From NCBI GenBank assembly GCA_032718475.1, contig JAUCBJ010006323.1, positions 1-55,346 on the forward strand: a stretch of 55,346 nt of DNA, written 5' to 3'. The position numbers and the translations under genes were made by a program. The DNA is from Nemertoderma westbladi. Its lineage: Eukaryota > Animalia > Xenacoelomorpha. The number at the start of each line of letters is the position of its first letter. Position 1 is the first letter of the stretch. Below, one piece after another: positions 11,129 to 24,353 of the stretch. The notes under the pieces were generated by a model. The model did not search any database. It saw only the letters and a program-made list of their open reading frames with translations, and was not told the DNA's origin.

Positions 11129-12687
11129 CCCCCTGCAGTTAAGTAAGTGAAAATATTTCGGCACCATTTAATTTTATTATCACGGTCGCACATCAAGTGT
11201 CTGTCAAAAGATACAATTCATTATAAACATAACAAAATTAATTATAATAATTCTAAAAATATAAGGCAGATCTTCCTAAAGTTAGCTCTTTAGTCTTTAG
11301 CAATCTTATACATTGACATGACTTATAAAATAATTGATGTTGAATAATTTATTATTAAGATTAAAATATATTATTAGGAATTCGAAGAAAGCAAATTGTA
11401 TTGAGTTAGTATTGGCAAGTTAATCTCACAAACCAGTCTAGTCTAACTTTAGAGTAGCCTTGTTCGCATTGTTCCAGGTTTAGGCCTATAGATTCCACCA
11501 CCTTGGTTCCAGGTTTAATTCTGTAATAGACTCCGTTATCCGTCTCGATCGCTTCGCTATGCACCATCTTACTGGGTTTAATAAACTCCATCGCCTTCCT
11601 GTCGTTCTGTTTTGTAGATTACTTCACCATCGTCTGATCGCTTTGGTTGCGTGTTTAATACTAATAGACTCGTTATCCGTCTCGATCGCTTCGCTATGCA
11701 CATCTTACTGGGTTTAATAAACTCAGAAACTCCATCGCCTTCCTGTCGTTCTCTGTTTTATAGATTACTTCGCCATCATCTGATTGCTTTGGTTGCGTGT
11801 TTAATACTGTAATAGACTCCGCCGCCATCATATCGTTCTGGATACATTGAATAGACTCCATCAGTCCATTGTCCATCGCGTTCGTTTCATTGTTACGTTT
11901 AATTGACTCCGTCGCCTCCTCGGATTAGGAATCCGGCCGGGTTTCGTAGATTCCGCCATCGTTCAGCAGTTCAGTGTTTTTAATCAAAGCCAGAATTCCG
12001 GCACCGGCACCATGATCAACGATTTCGGAAGTAACAGACTCCGTCAACAACACTCGGGGTTTAAAAAATACAACTATCGGCTGATCGGGCAACTTGTAAC
12101 TGGGCGATCATCTATCTGATAGTTGAAAAAGACTGTCTGACAGTTGGTATCAGACTATCTGATGGTTCGCGCCCCATGGGTAAATCCTTACCCCATGGGC
12201 TGTTACCTCTCTGACTGACAGCGCAACAGCCCCTATAGCATTGTGAGGCGAGACACGTAGTTGGCGATCCTTGGCATATGGATAACGGGCAAATGGTGCA
12301 TGTCCGTCCGTCTGCCTCTCTGTCTGGTGAATGTTTGAATTGAAATTTCTCGGCATCGCTAGCTCGAGCTAAACTTAGTAACTAAGCAATAGTTAGAAAA
12401 TTAAGAAACATGCGGCTTTGTTAAAGGAGGAGAATGTATAATTCTGATTTTGTGTGTTATTTAATAACAACACACAAAATCAGATAACACTTCTCACCTT
12501 ATCCTGCTCCTTTGTATAGTTTCAGTATAGAGTCATTATGAGATGGCGACACTGTCTGAAGGCATCCTAATTCTAGTTATAGTACCTGGGTCTGTTACAT
12601 GGCGAGAGGCCTATTAAATGGCGACACATTGTTTCGAACGAGTTCGGCTAAGAATTCCTGAGACCTTTGTACATAATGGTTTGTCTA

Positions 12688-12845
12688 GCGGTATTGAAGC
12701 GGTAAGCCAGCAGTACACTACCCGGAGCCCATTCACACCCAAAGCCCCGTTCACATCCAACGGTGCGTGAGTGGTAAAGTAGTCTGGTGGTATTGAAGCG
12801 GTAAGCCAGCGATACACTTCCCGGAGCCCATTCACACCCAACGGT
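12688..12845. repeat. Direct repeat, two copies of about 55 bp
   Basis: ggtattgaagcggtaagccagc..tacact.cccggagcccattcacaccca near 12689 and 12789. Confidence 0.8.
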
Positions 12846-13059
12846 ACCGTTACGGTAACTGATTGTCTATCTGCCGACTGCGAATTCAACAGGAAATTAC
12901 ATTAATTGTTTTAACATTGATTCAATGGGCTGTGGTAAACCGCGTGGTATACCGCACAACTACCTGTTGGGTCGTTCACCGTCAGTGGTTATCAAAATCA
13001 TTTACCCTAAAGTCTTATCACGTAATCACTTATCCTACAGTCTCCTATTTAGGTTTTAG

Positions 13060-13645
13060 CCCGCAACACTGTCGGCACAATGTAACGCCGACACTGTTGG
13101 CACAATGTAACGCCGACACTGTTGGCACAACGCAATGCTGACACTGATGGCACAACATAACGCCGACACTGTTGGCACAACATAGCGCTGACAATGTCGG
13201 CACAACGTCAGCACAATGTAACGCCAACACTGTCGGCACAAAGTATCGCCGACACTGTTGGCACAACGTAACGCCGACACTTTCGGCACAATGTGAGACT
13301 GACACTGTCGGCACAATGTAATGCGACACTGTCGGCACACCGTAACGCCGACAATGTTGGCACAAAGTAACGCCGACACTGTCGGCATAACGTAACGCTA
13401 ACACTCACCCAGCACATTATCTGCACACTGTTGGGAAAACGTGACTCCGACACAGACAGCACAATGTAACGCCTACACTGTCGGCACAACAACATGCCGA
13501 CACTGTTGGCACAAAGTAATGCTGACACTGTCGGCACAATGTAACGCTGACACTGTCGGCATAATGGTAACGCCAACACTCAGCACATTATCTGCACACT
13601 GTCGTCACAACTATGCTGGCACTGTCGGACACTGTCGGCACTGCG
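13060..13645. repeat. About 24-bp minisatellite (ACACTGTCGGCACAATGTAACGCCG-like), probably internal to a non-autonomous DNA transposon
   Basis: More than 20 diverged copies; source of the Cys-rich spurious ORFs at 13045-13698. Confidence 0.9.
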
Positions 13646-14824
13646 TTTACACCCATACCCATCGTATAATACTTTACAAAATATACATTTGCATTTAGTA
13701 GCACAAATAAAGAACGATTAGATACTAAATGACTACAAATTTTCTAGCATAATATAGGTAAGTAATATATATGTTATTAGTGTAACTAGTTAATATGCGG
13801 ATGGTAGTAACACGGGTCTGGGGTTGGAGCGCGGATGGCCATCACTGTGGCACAGTAAGTCATAATAAAGTTTAGCAACGCTTTTTAACTGTTCCGCATA
13901 TGAAAACTCCATCAAATCAGATATATTTAGCACCCCACTCAGCAGCGTTTCGAATGGATGTCTCGCATTGACTCAGATTGGAATTTCACAGTGAAGGAGG
14001 GGGTGTTCTTCGTCCTCCACCTTACCTCACTGACAGAGACGACGCTCACGTGGTGTAGGATATAACACCTATCCAATAAAACAGAATCAAACCCATGCAA
14101 CGTTACCCAGACAGCCTCTCTTTCATGAGCCACAGAGGATATCGAGGGCATAAACCCCTCGTTTACTAGCAACGCAGACCATACATAGTAGGTTTTGTTA
14201 AAAGTGAAAACTGACGTCGGAAATGAAATCAGCAACCAGGATAACCCCCATAACAAAACTTTTAGCTAAGAACAAAGCTTTTGTTATATTTTGACAGACA
14301 AACCATCAGAAACACAATCCCAGACAGACACTTTTGACAGACACTTACACAGAGTAAGGTTAACATTATCACTCATAACTTTTGAACCACATTAGCGATT
14401 AACAAACGGTTTGAAGTTTTGAAATCCTCATATAAATCTGCACTAGAGGGGATTGTTATTGAATAATCGACATTTTTTTCGGAGTTAGAGAATTTCTAAT
14501 TTGAAAAGATGGAATAGGCAGTTTTGGAAATAAGGAAAAGTGATGATTACCTTCAAACTAGTCCTCAATTTTAGATAATTCGTCAATTATTGAGGAGTTA
14601 GGTTGGATAGTATGGGGCTGGAATCACATAGAGTTTTACATTGGCGAAGAAGGACTCAAAAAAAGATCAAAAGAGGATAGGATGATGTTAACCCATTTGG
14701 AATGGGGTGCTCCTAATATTATGCAACTGTATAATGCATCACTTAAACTAGCACACAGAGTCACATAGACTCAATATTCGGGAATAAACTACAAATCGAT
14801 TATTTCTATTTTGTTATTAAATAC

Positions 14825-14975
14825 CTAAATATTTCGAATGCGTTTCTTCCTGTTATTATAAGAGAGTTCGCCTTGTTATGGAAACTATCCACTGATAGAT
14901 CAGGAATGTCGCATTTGTAGTCGAAGTCAGGGTTCACGATGTTTGCCGCCTCATTGCAACCGAAGTATACTGATC
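14825..14975 (-). CDS. beta/gamma-crystallin gene coding exon 3
   Basis: Acceptor ttttttcttccag, donor GTATTT; 151 nt, phase 1 to 2. Reads (G)SVYFGCNEAANIVNPDFDYKCDIPDLSVDSFHNKANSLIITGRNAFEIF(S). Confidence 0.9.
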
Positions 14976-16315
14976 CTGGAAGAAAAAAATAAAAGATACA
15001 GAATACCACATTACATAGACCCAGTGAATCACGCATGCTACTGGCTAAGAAGAATAGTGATAAATTAAGCCATATTAACACCGTTCATTAAGCTAATTTG
15101 GATTACGGGGGGGGGGGGGGGGGTATTGGAGGTTAGAATTATTATAACTTTTGTTTTAAAAGCTTTGCAAAGTCAGCAAGGACGAAATGATGACCTCTGG
15201 GCCGAGTAACTCAAAAAATCTTGAGATTGACCTTGAAATCCACTTCAAGGTCACCTTGAAACTCAAGTTTTACCTTGACTAAGATTTTCTTGAGTTTCAG
15301 TCAAGCGGGTAACTCAAAGCAATACTTAGTCAAGGTGATACTTGAAATTTCAAGGCTCACCTTGAGAATTAAAGATGGACGAAGTATTTGTTTATTTCAG
15401 CAGTTGCCTAGGTTATGCAGTGAAGCCCATTGTGTATACCTGCAATAATATACAGTAGGCCTACTCAATACAGTACGTTAAAGCGTTAAACACATTGTTG
15501 AAACACTTTGGCAATTGTAATTTCGATAAAACCACGCACCTTCTAAACAGATTACAGGCAGTAGCATAGTTTACTGACCACAACAGTTTGGCCTATACAG
15601 TATATCGAAGTGACATACTGTATCTGGGAAATATAATCACGGTTGTGAGGGTGAGCAATGTAGTACTTAAACTAAAATTAGGAACTATAGAGATGCAACC
15701 GGGCTTTAAGGTGGTTGGTTATTAAAATGAATACCGCTTTCACAGGCAAAGAATGCCCGGGGAGGGGTGCATTTCGCCTAGCGCTAAATGCCCACCCACC
15801 CTCCCCCCCCCCGGGACACTTTGGCCTTGAAATTCGCCAAAGACGAGTTTGCCCGGGGGGGGGGGGGGTGTCACTACGGACTAGGCGATTTTTCCCGGGT
15901 CATTGAGTGCTATGTGATCATGTCAGGGGAGGAGGGGGGGGGGGGGGGGGGGGGGTCTCGATTGGGACATATTGGACTAAAACGCACAATGTGATATTAC
16001 TGAGCATTCTATTTCTTTACAGTATGTTGTCATTAATCTGTTCACTAATTTACAATGAATAGTCGTTCGTAATCAGTTGTAAATGTGTGGTTGGAATCCA
16101 GGTGTAAACTTGAATAATTGTTTAAAATTTTGTATTATTATTTTTTATTATTTTATTAATACTGTACTTGTTAGAGCTGATATTTATATCTTCTTAGATA
16201 AAAGTATTGGAGATATACTCGACCAGAAATGTTAGAGGGGAAGCCTATGGAAACACTTTGTTATTCCCAGACATTAGTTGCCATACTCAAAACAACATAC
16301 ACCTACATGGTTGGG

Positions 16316-16525
16316 TGAATTCTTAGCCCGCGAGTATTCTTAACCCACGGGTATTCTTAGCCCGCGAGTATTCTTAGCCCGCGAGTTAGTAAAGGAGCAG
16401 GTTAGTAAAAGAGCAGGTTCCAGAGGCGTATTGGGGGAACCAAATCAATAAACGTTATTGTTTTGCGGGCTAAGAATACCCACGGGCTAAGAATACTCAC
16501 CGGGCTAAGAATTCCTGAGACCACC
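16316..16525. mobile_element. MITE-like element with inverted arrays of about 17-bp subrepeats
   Basis: Four copies of GAGTATTCTTAGCCCGC-like units on the left and three inverted copies on the right, ending GGCTAAGAATTCCTGAGACC. The same end occurs at about 12646-12666. Confidence 0.7.
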
Positions 16526-16744
16526 CTGCAGTACTTAGTCTCCAGTAAAACTTCCTAAACTATAACCTCAGGCGTTTATCATTAGTAGTCTGCAAATAGT
16601 TATAAACAGTGGGGGTATTCCACAATCCTTTGACTTTTCTGTCGCACTTTGACGTTTTTGACTATTATTTGCAAAAGACTTGGGTATTTGATTCTTCTTG
16701 GGCATACTATAGTTCGGTATGGGTCGGTATATTGTTAGGTAAAA

Positions 16745-17230
16745 AGATTATGTTCCAGAACAAATATTTTTTGTTCTAGAACATTAAAAAAAAATATTAA
16801 AAATTAGTTATTATTATGTTAAATAGTTTATTTACTCTATAAACATTAAAAAATACAAATTATCAGGCTTGCTAGTGATTTTCCAAGTTTAGCTATCATT
16901 AAAAAAAAATTTAAGAAATTATTTGTTATGTGTAATAAATTGTTTAATTATCATATAAACATTAATAGCTAGAAATATTCAGGCTAGCTAGTGATTTTGC
17001 TAGTTAGCTATTATTAAAAAAAAAACAATTTATTACACATAACAATTAATTTCTGAAATTTTTTTTTAAATGATAGCTAAACTTGTAAAATCACTAGCTA
17101 GCTTGAAAATAATTAGTAGCTCTTAATGTTTTTAGATAATTAAACTATTTATTAACATAACAAATAATTTCTAATAAATTTATTTTTTTTTAATGTTCTA
17201 GAACAAAAAATATTTGTTCTAGAACATTTT
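16745..17230. repeat. Long imperfect AT-rich inverted repeat (foldback-like)
   Basis: atgttc.agaacaaatattttttgttctagaacattaaaaaa at the left is mirrored at 17185-17228; the arms run about 190 bp through ctagtgatttt.caagtttagctatcatt. Confidence 0.8.
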
Positions 17231-17668
17231 TTTTTACAAACACCTATAGCTAATTTGACATAGAAAATTAAAAAAAAAGTAGCAAAAACTAGCTACTACC
17301 AAAAAATCCCGGTCATGGGTACACATACTCGTAGAAGTGCCGCTGTACAGTATAACTCTAGCTACAGTATCATTCATTATATTCATGATAAACTGAGTTT
17401 TATTTAGAAATTTCGGGTATGGGGTATTCTGCAAAAATGCCGCTTACGGTACCGGTAGCGGAAGGCTAACAGCTAACAGCTGAAACATTGATTTGAAGAT
17501 ACCTTGAAATTTGAAGGTACCTACATGGCTACCTTGAAATTTATCTCGAATCTTGACTTCAACTCAAGTCAAGATATTTTGTGTTACCGGCTTGAAATTT
17601 CAAGTTTTCCTTGAGGAAAATCTTAAGTCTACCTTAAGGTTGACCTTGAAATATTTCAGATAGGAATA

Positions 17669-20600
17669 CTACAGTCCCGCTCACCAACAGAATGCCATCG
17701 GATCCGATCGGATCCAACACACCCCGACAGCTTCAAACAAGCACAATGCTAACCTACGGAGATTTAGTACTGTTTGATTCTGTCCGAGAAAATATTTCCA
17801 ACAAGTTTAGTCTGTTGGAGCCCATCTGAATCTGTCTGAAATCCGTCTGAAAGTGTTTGAAATTTATGTTGGATGTTGTTTGGAGTTGTCTGAAGCTGTT
17901 TGAAGTTGTCTGAAGTTGTTTGAATTTGTCTGAAGTTGTTTGAATTTGTCTGAATCTTTTTGACGCCATGGGAATTTGTTGGAATTTGCCAATGCCTTAC
18001 AAAAGCGTAGTACAATAACAAAATGTCAATCACTTTAACTCTCAAATTGAAGTGATTGTGAGAGTGTGCCATTGTGAAGTAAAAACGGAAGCTAAGATTT
18101 GTTTCATTTGATTTAATCATAACAATTCTTATTTACATAATTATGTATTTTATTATATGAATTAACTTGCATGCATAAACGAATAACCTATAATATAAAT
18201 TCCTATAAATGGATATAATAACACCAACCGGAACACGATTTTAATTACGTAATTAGAAATGTAAATAATGCTATATAAATATATTAATTACTTTGACGTA
18301 GGGGTGTAGGGCACTAAATGTACTGTACATAAACAAATATAAATAACACCAGATATAGGCCTACTACAAATGTAAATATGTAAATAGAGCCAATAAACTA
18401 AACAAGTACCATATACTAAGTTGAGCCTAATTTACGTCTAATTTATTTAGTTATTTATGACGAGTAAGGGTATAATGCTTGCTTATTTATTACGCGATTC
18501 GAATGGCATCGTTCCATCACATTAACTCGCTTGTTACTATTATTATTTTGTAGCTTTACGGCTTAACAGAGTGTTGGCATTATTTTGTATGCTACTCCAA
18601 TTTCTTTTTATGTCTTCCCCCGAAAGACCCCCTGTCTTCCTCCTCGCGAAAGACCGGTATCCTGAAAATAATTATATATTACAGGTGGACTCAGCCACGT
18701 GCCACACCAGCAAAGCCACATTATCATATATTGACAATAACTCAATAAATTACTCGCGTACTTGGTGGCCCCCAGAATCCCCCGACCCAACAGAGTTGGT
18801 GTGGCACGAAATTAAAGAACATCCGAGAAACGTGGTGCAGCCCCAAAATAAACAACAGCTTGTAGACGGAATAAAGTCTTTCTGGAAAACTCTGACAGTC
18901 CAAAAGTGTCAGAAGTATACATTACCCACATTGTAGACGTACTGCCCATGATTTTCGCCAACAAGGGTGGGCCGACAATGAGCTAACTGATATTGTGCAT
19001 GTGTGTTTTGTGAAGTTCAATATTATATATTATTTTATATAATTAGTTGGCCTACATTATACTTTCTAATTAAAGTGTACACATATATAATGTATAACTT
19101 ATTAATTAAATCTATGTAATAATAATTTTAATAGTTATACGCAATATTTGTGTGCGGAGATTGTATTTCAGTTCCTGATTCCTGTAAATAGAGCCCGAGG
19201 ACCCTCTAAACAGTTGTGATATATCCAAATTACTAATATTAGATATCCGGTTTATGCCAGCCTACGTACGTAAGGTAAGTGGTACATGTTCTATCGTTTA
19301 TCAATGACAATATACTGAAAATTGCACCAACTCCTCGAAATTAATTATTCAATGTCCCATAAAAATAGCGTCGATGATAAGTTGACAACAAACCGAAGTT
19401 ACTGATTTTCTAGTCGTAAGAAATTAATATAACAGAGTTTGCGTAATGAGTGTGAACTGAAAAGTCTAAAACATTAGTATATTTTACCCCATTGAACACC
19501 AGATAGTGGAGTCTTTGGACGCAATCAAAATACATCCCTCTCCAGGAGAAAATCGACGCAAATATCTGCTGATTACTCCAAAAAAGAAAACTGTAACATG
19601 TTATATTGAATAAAGTTTATTGTTTTGATTAGAATAGCATATTGATATAATTAATTACTGAATTTCGCTGGAGTTAATTCAATATACCGTGGCTCCAGGG
19701 GCGTGATGGCTATGTGGGTCATTGTGATTCATACTTGGGGTTGGGACTATATGATGAGAATGTGCATTGGGAGGGGGGGGGGGGGGGGGGGGTAAACTGG
19801 ACGCTAGTGTCCTTGCATGATTTCACGTGACATCCATAATTTAATGTAATCAATGTATTTCCGCCATTGGCATTGCCCTACTGTTGTGATGAAAAAGGTA
19901 GACCTAATCAGGCCAAATACTAATTAAAATAATGTCTTAAAAACTAAATTGTATTCATTCATACATAGGCAATGTAGCCAAATAAAGCAGACCACACAAT
20001 TACATAGTAATTGACGAAACAAAAACAAAACTAGAACAGATCAACTTGTAGATACATATAAACCACATAGATTTAGAAATAAGCACAAAGCTAATAAGTG
20101 TACACGATATTAACTGTAGAGGAGGGTACTGTCTCCTCTCCTGCGCAACTCAAAATCTAATCATGAGTATTTTTTTACTGTAACTCGTAACTCAAAGAAA
20201 ATGGGCCTTTTTCGAAGAAATCCTACATGGGCACATTTTGGAGTTAACCAGGCAAGAAGGCTTGGCTCATTGGAAGTGTATTTCGGTACAGCTCTATAGT
20301 ATGGCTCTGTTTAAAGCATACCCCGGCCAAGACGACAGACATTAGCATGGGAACACGAACACACCATATTATCCATCCCCTATTCAGTTCAATGGTAGTC
20401 AGCTTGTCTTTCCCGCACTGGGGGTAGACCATTGGCTAGCTTTATGCTATTGTGTTATACAGAGACAGCGGTAGGATAAAGAGAAATACCGACCTCGCTA
20501 ATAATGGGCTGGTCCCACAGGTCAGTTAAAGGTAGGTGGTACAGTAGGTACTACAGTTTGCATGTTCAAGGGCGCCAGTCCCTATTCGCTAGCCCAGTCT

Positions 20601-20877
20601 GCCATGGAGTTCATGTAATACATTCAGACGCTTTCACTCTCATAGTATCCTAGCGTACAGGAAGTTGTGAGTTGAGTGTGGGTTGGGTGGGTGGAGTGAT
20701 TGACAGGTTGTTGGAAGTTGACTGATTCTGTTTGAATCTATCTGAAATTGTTTGAAGCTGTCTGAATCTGTTGGAAGTTGTCGGACTGTTGGAGTTTGTT
20801 GGAAAGTGTTTGAAGCTGTTGGATCCGATCGGTTCAGATCGGATCCGATGGCACTCTGTTGGTGAGCTGGACTGTAG
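17669..20877 (+). mobile_element. Tc1/mariner-type DNA transposon (about 3.2 kb) with TA TSD
   Basis: TIRs CTACAGTCC(C/A)GCTCACCAACAGA.TGCCATCGGATCCGATC at both ends, flanked by TA (17667-17668 and 20878-20879); 10-bp subrepeats gttgt(c/t)tgaa; transposase relic inside. Confidence 0.85.
18640..18985 (+). pseudogene. IS630/Tc1-family DDE transposase C-terminal relic
   Basis: ILQVDSATCHTSK...WWPPESPDPTELVWHEIK corresponds to QQDNAxxH and WPxxSPDLNPIExVW; LN is deleted and the N-terminal part is missing. Confidence 0.85.
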
Positions 20878-20945
20878 TAAAATAGATTCAAGGTTAGTTT
20901 CAAGGTCAATCTCAAGATTTGTTGAGTTACTCGGCCCTGGGTTGG

Positions 20946-21102
20946 AAGTCTATATACATACTTGTGTGTAAGTGCAACTTTACAGTGCAGTGTTATGATC
21001 CGAGTGGCTTTGTTACACGAACGAACGTTAGTGAGTGAGTGAAAATAAAGCCACTAAGATCAGAATACTGTAAAGTACTTTGCAACACGTATGTATGTAG
21101 TT
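20946..21102. repeat. Imperfect hairpin of about 155 bp, probable terminus of a non-autonomous element
   Basis: ctatatacatac...actttacagt...gatc..agtggcttt is mirrored by aaagccact..gatc...actgtaaagt...gtatgtatgtag. Confidence 0.65.
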
Positions 21103-21212
21103 TTATTCCAAAATTTTAACATTACGAAATGATTGTACATATACATTATAAGTGATAGAAACTGCACAAATTATATTAGTTGCTGTATAAATAAATGTAA
21201 AAATGACATAAA

Positions 21213-22700
21213 TTATGTTATGAATAAGTTAGCTTATGTTTATGGTGGCGTTTGGAGCCATGTTAATAGTTTATAGCTACTGGTTATTAATAGCTACCGG
21301 TAGGTAATGCAGTAGGCCTACCTGGCTGTCAGGCAATTACTAATAAATACATATAATTATTAATTCCTGCTCCCCGGGAAAACAACAAAACAACCGGGTA
21401 ATAAGTGAGTTGTTACCCAAACTTTAATATTACCGTACATTAGCTAACATTCTAAAAGGGCTTTGAAAACTGACAAAATTTTAAAATGGCTGTTAGTGAA
21501 ATATTTTGAAAAATGAGAACTATAAAAATAAATATTCTACGTAATTGAAGTAGAAGCTTGAAAATCCAATAATAAAGAGTTAATTGTATTTTATTTATTA
21601 ATCAAGCACGTTAAGTAAAGCACCTTACCGGTAGGTAAGGTGCTTTACTTAACGTGCTTGAATAATAAATAAAATACAGTACAATTAACTCTTTATTATT
21701 CTAAGTAAGTTTATAGCTTACTTAGTGAGTTTCTAACTTACTTAGTATGTTTCTAAACCATATCACACATCACACACTATTTTTCCAATTTGGCTAAAAG
21801 ATACCCCTCCCCACGCCCGCCCCTCCCTGGTGGGTCGGGTTGGGTCCCCGAAATAACCAAGAAGTGTGCATTATATATGGGGATGCGTTTTACAATGTTA
21901 GCGCTGAATGGAAACCGCATTATTTGGGAATGATAGACCTTGTGCTCGTGCCCGCACGCGCACACTATGGAATATTGTTCAATTTTCTTCAACGCGTGGT
22001 GCACTCCCAATTATTGTTAAAAAACGTTCCGAATTGGAACAAACAAAAATATTCAATCAATTTATTTACTAACAAACGCTTACATCAAAAGTTAATATTT
22101 TCTTACATATATTAAAATCAAACAATTCCTTCACAACATACTGAACTGCTAGCTAGTGCTAGGCTATATTACCCTATAATAATTTATAGGCATTAGTACT
22201 GTTTCGATATTGTTATGATATTATATGTTATGGTAATTCCCACTGGTACTAGTTTTATTAATAAGATTATTGGGCTCAGAAACCACCACATCTTCTGCAA
22301 CAAGCCCATCCCCACCATCCTCAGTAGCCGCGAAAGAATCCACTTCCTCCTCAAAATCGCTCCAAGAGACCAAATTGCCAAACCCACCAGACGAAATTTG
22401 AAGAAGTTCCCGTGGAATTTCCTTTTCCGAATCCATCGTACAGTTTTATACTAGGCCTACAGTAGCGATATGCCAATATTATTCTATCTAACCGCAGTTA
22501 TCTTCTACAGTAGATCTACGTATCTACCGGTATCTATCGCAGCCATGTTACGAATGTTATAAACCATGTTATAAATACGTTAGCTTATATTTATGGTGGC
22601 GTTTGGAGCCATGTTAATAGTTTATTACTACTGGTTATTAATAGCTACCGGTAGGTAATGCAGTACGCCTTCGTGGCTGTCAGGCAATTAATAATAAATA
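21213..22700. repeat. Pair of about 135-bp direct repeats (21213-21350 and 22566-22700)
   Basis: gttagcttat.tttatggtggcgtttggagccatgttaatagttta...ggctgtcaggcaatta.taataaatac occurs at both sites. Confidence 0.85.
21568..21700. repeat. Near-perfect palindrome with about 60-bp arms
   Basis: aataataaagagttaattgta...tcaagcacgttaagtaaagcaccttacc-ggta-ggtaaggtgctttacttaacgtgcttga...tacaattaactctttattatt. Confidence 0.92.
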
Positions 22701-22998
22701 CCACCTATTGTTTACGTGGTAACCAATGACGCCGAAACTTGATAGTTCGCCGTCGGGAGGCCAATACAATACTGTAATGTCCTCTAAAGTTGTAAAGTGC
22801 TAAATATCAACTCGCTGTTAATACTAACGGCGTTGTGTAATGTTACAATTTTGTAATAAAATATATTTCATAAATTTGATCATTATAAATGTTTTCACTA
22901 AACTTGGATGTAAAGTGATTAAAATTGTGAAATAACCAGTTAGCAATAATACAAATTACAGTGATACCATTTATATAATATAAAAATATTAACTCAAC

Positions 22999-23147
22999 CT
23001 TTAAAGTCCTGCAAATCAAACAGAGCTATGCCTTGTTTTGGTAGAACCAGTAATGAGTCGAGATTGTTAGCAACTACTGGCAGGTCGTCGCTAAGGTAAA
23101 CACCGTGTTCTAGAACAGATACTGCGGCACCACCGTACAATATCCAG
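22999..23147 (-). CDS. beta/gamma-crystallin gene coding exon 2
   Basis: Acceptor ttattactattag, donor GTTGAG; 149 nt, phase 2 to 1. Reads (L)WILYGGAAVSVLEHGVYLSDDLPVVANNLDSLLVLPKQGIALFDLQDFK(G), continuing exon 1 as ICG-L-WILY, as expected for crystallins. Confidence 0.9.
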
Positions 23148-24164
23148 CTAATAGTAATAAATAATTTAATTAGTTTATTATATATTTTTTAAATTATCCT
23201 ATCAATCTTCCAAAAATGGTGATAATAAAATATTTATCCAATCAACGATTTAGAAGTTTATTCTGTTAATTTCGCATTATTTATTCTAGATCAGTAATTA
23301 TGTTAGTAATTATTAATAAATTTAACATTAAAATGTTTAGTAAACATATATATTGCTCCAGTTGTTGGTCTGATTTCTTTATTTGCTTAACGTTCTAGAA
23401 TATCATATTCAGTCACAAAGTGTAGCTGGTATATATATAGTAGTAGGTAAAAGAAGAAAAAGTATATATAAAAAAATAAAATATATATATATATATAATA
23501 TTTTACAAAAATTTAATTATTTAATGTTAATTTTATCACTATTCTCGAGGCATTTTATTTACCGAGCACCAGCGAAAAGGGTCGAGAGAATTATTGAAAA
23601 AAAAATGTTCTACTTTTTTTCCCATGTAATCTTAATTTTATTCTTAAATTTTAACGTTTTTGTTGCTCAATTCTTTAATTTAAAAAAAGATAGAGCGATT
23701 TAGTGTTAAAAATAAATTAAACTGTAGTTTTATTATATTCCTTCCACAGTTACTGCGATTCAAATTACTGTACTCTTCAACACCTTATGCTGCCTTACTG
23801 AAATTAAATAATTTTTAGTGTTCTAAAATATAACATAACATCTAATTTATTCATTCTCGAAAACTTCCATATTATTACAAATTGCACATTTTTAGTTAAA
23901 TATATTGCACCTGCAGCCAGGCAATAGCAATAGTGCTAGTGCTGCAAGAAATTAATGGGGTTTGGTGGGGGGTGGAGGTGGTTGGAATGGGGGGGCGTGT
24001 GGGGTGGTTGTGCTGTGTGGGGAGGGGGTGTTATCCTAGCTTCGAGATAAAGGTAAGATTTTATAATTTTATCAAATGTGTTAATGGCCCACCAGGATCA
24101 CATCCCAACCAATGGTGTCGCATGCTGAGCGCGAAGAGTAGATTATAGTGCGAGGCGAGGAGTT

Positions 24165-24353
24165 ACTACTACTACTAGGATCGGCATGCTGCATTGCAAC
24201 TGGCATTTTTAAGAATGCTGTGCCGGCTTGTCGACAAAATTGCGCCGCCACAACTCCCTCTCACCCATGACATTTGCTAGATCATCCGCATCTATCAAGG
24301 CGAGTGTCCTTTAAGATGCGTCTCAAGAAAGTCATGGGCTGTCCACCATGCTT
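24165..24353 (-). mobile_element. 3' end of RTE-type LINE (same family as 2592 and 29205)
   Basis: Reverse complement of the 2625-2806 sequence, including the (TAG)n tail. Confidence 0.85.

Larger units (their letters stand above)
15200..20936. mobile_element. PIF/Harbinger-like non-autonomous element carrying nested insertions
   Basis: TIRs GGCCGAGTAACTCAA.AAATCTTGAGATTGACCTTGAAA at 15200 and inverted ending 20936; 3-bp TSD CTG (15197-15199 and 20937-20939); ACCTTGAA-type subrepeats at 15230-15365, 17490-17650 and 20885-20915. Confidence 0.8.

Noticed and set aside
13045-13698. Cys-rich ORFs resembling metallothionein or keratin-associated proteins
   Set aside because: Open in several frames and on both strands of a 24-bp minisatellite.
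17754-18120. Gln/Thr-rich ORFs
   Set aside because: They derive from the 10-bp subrepeats of the Tc1-like element.
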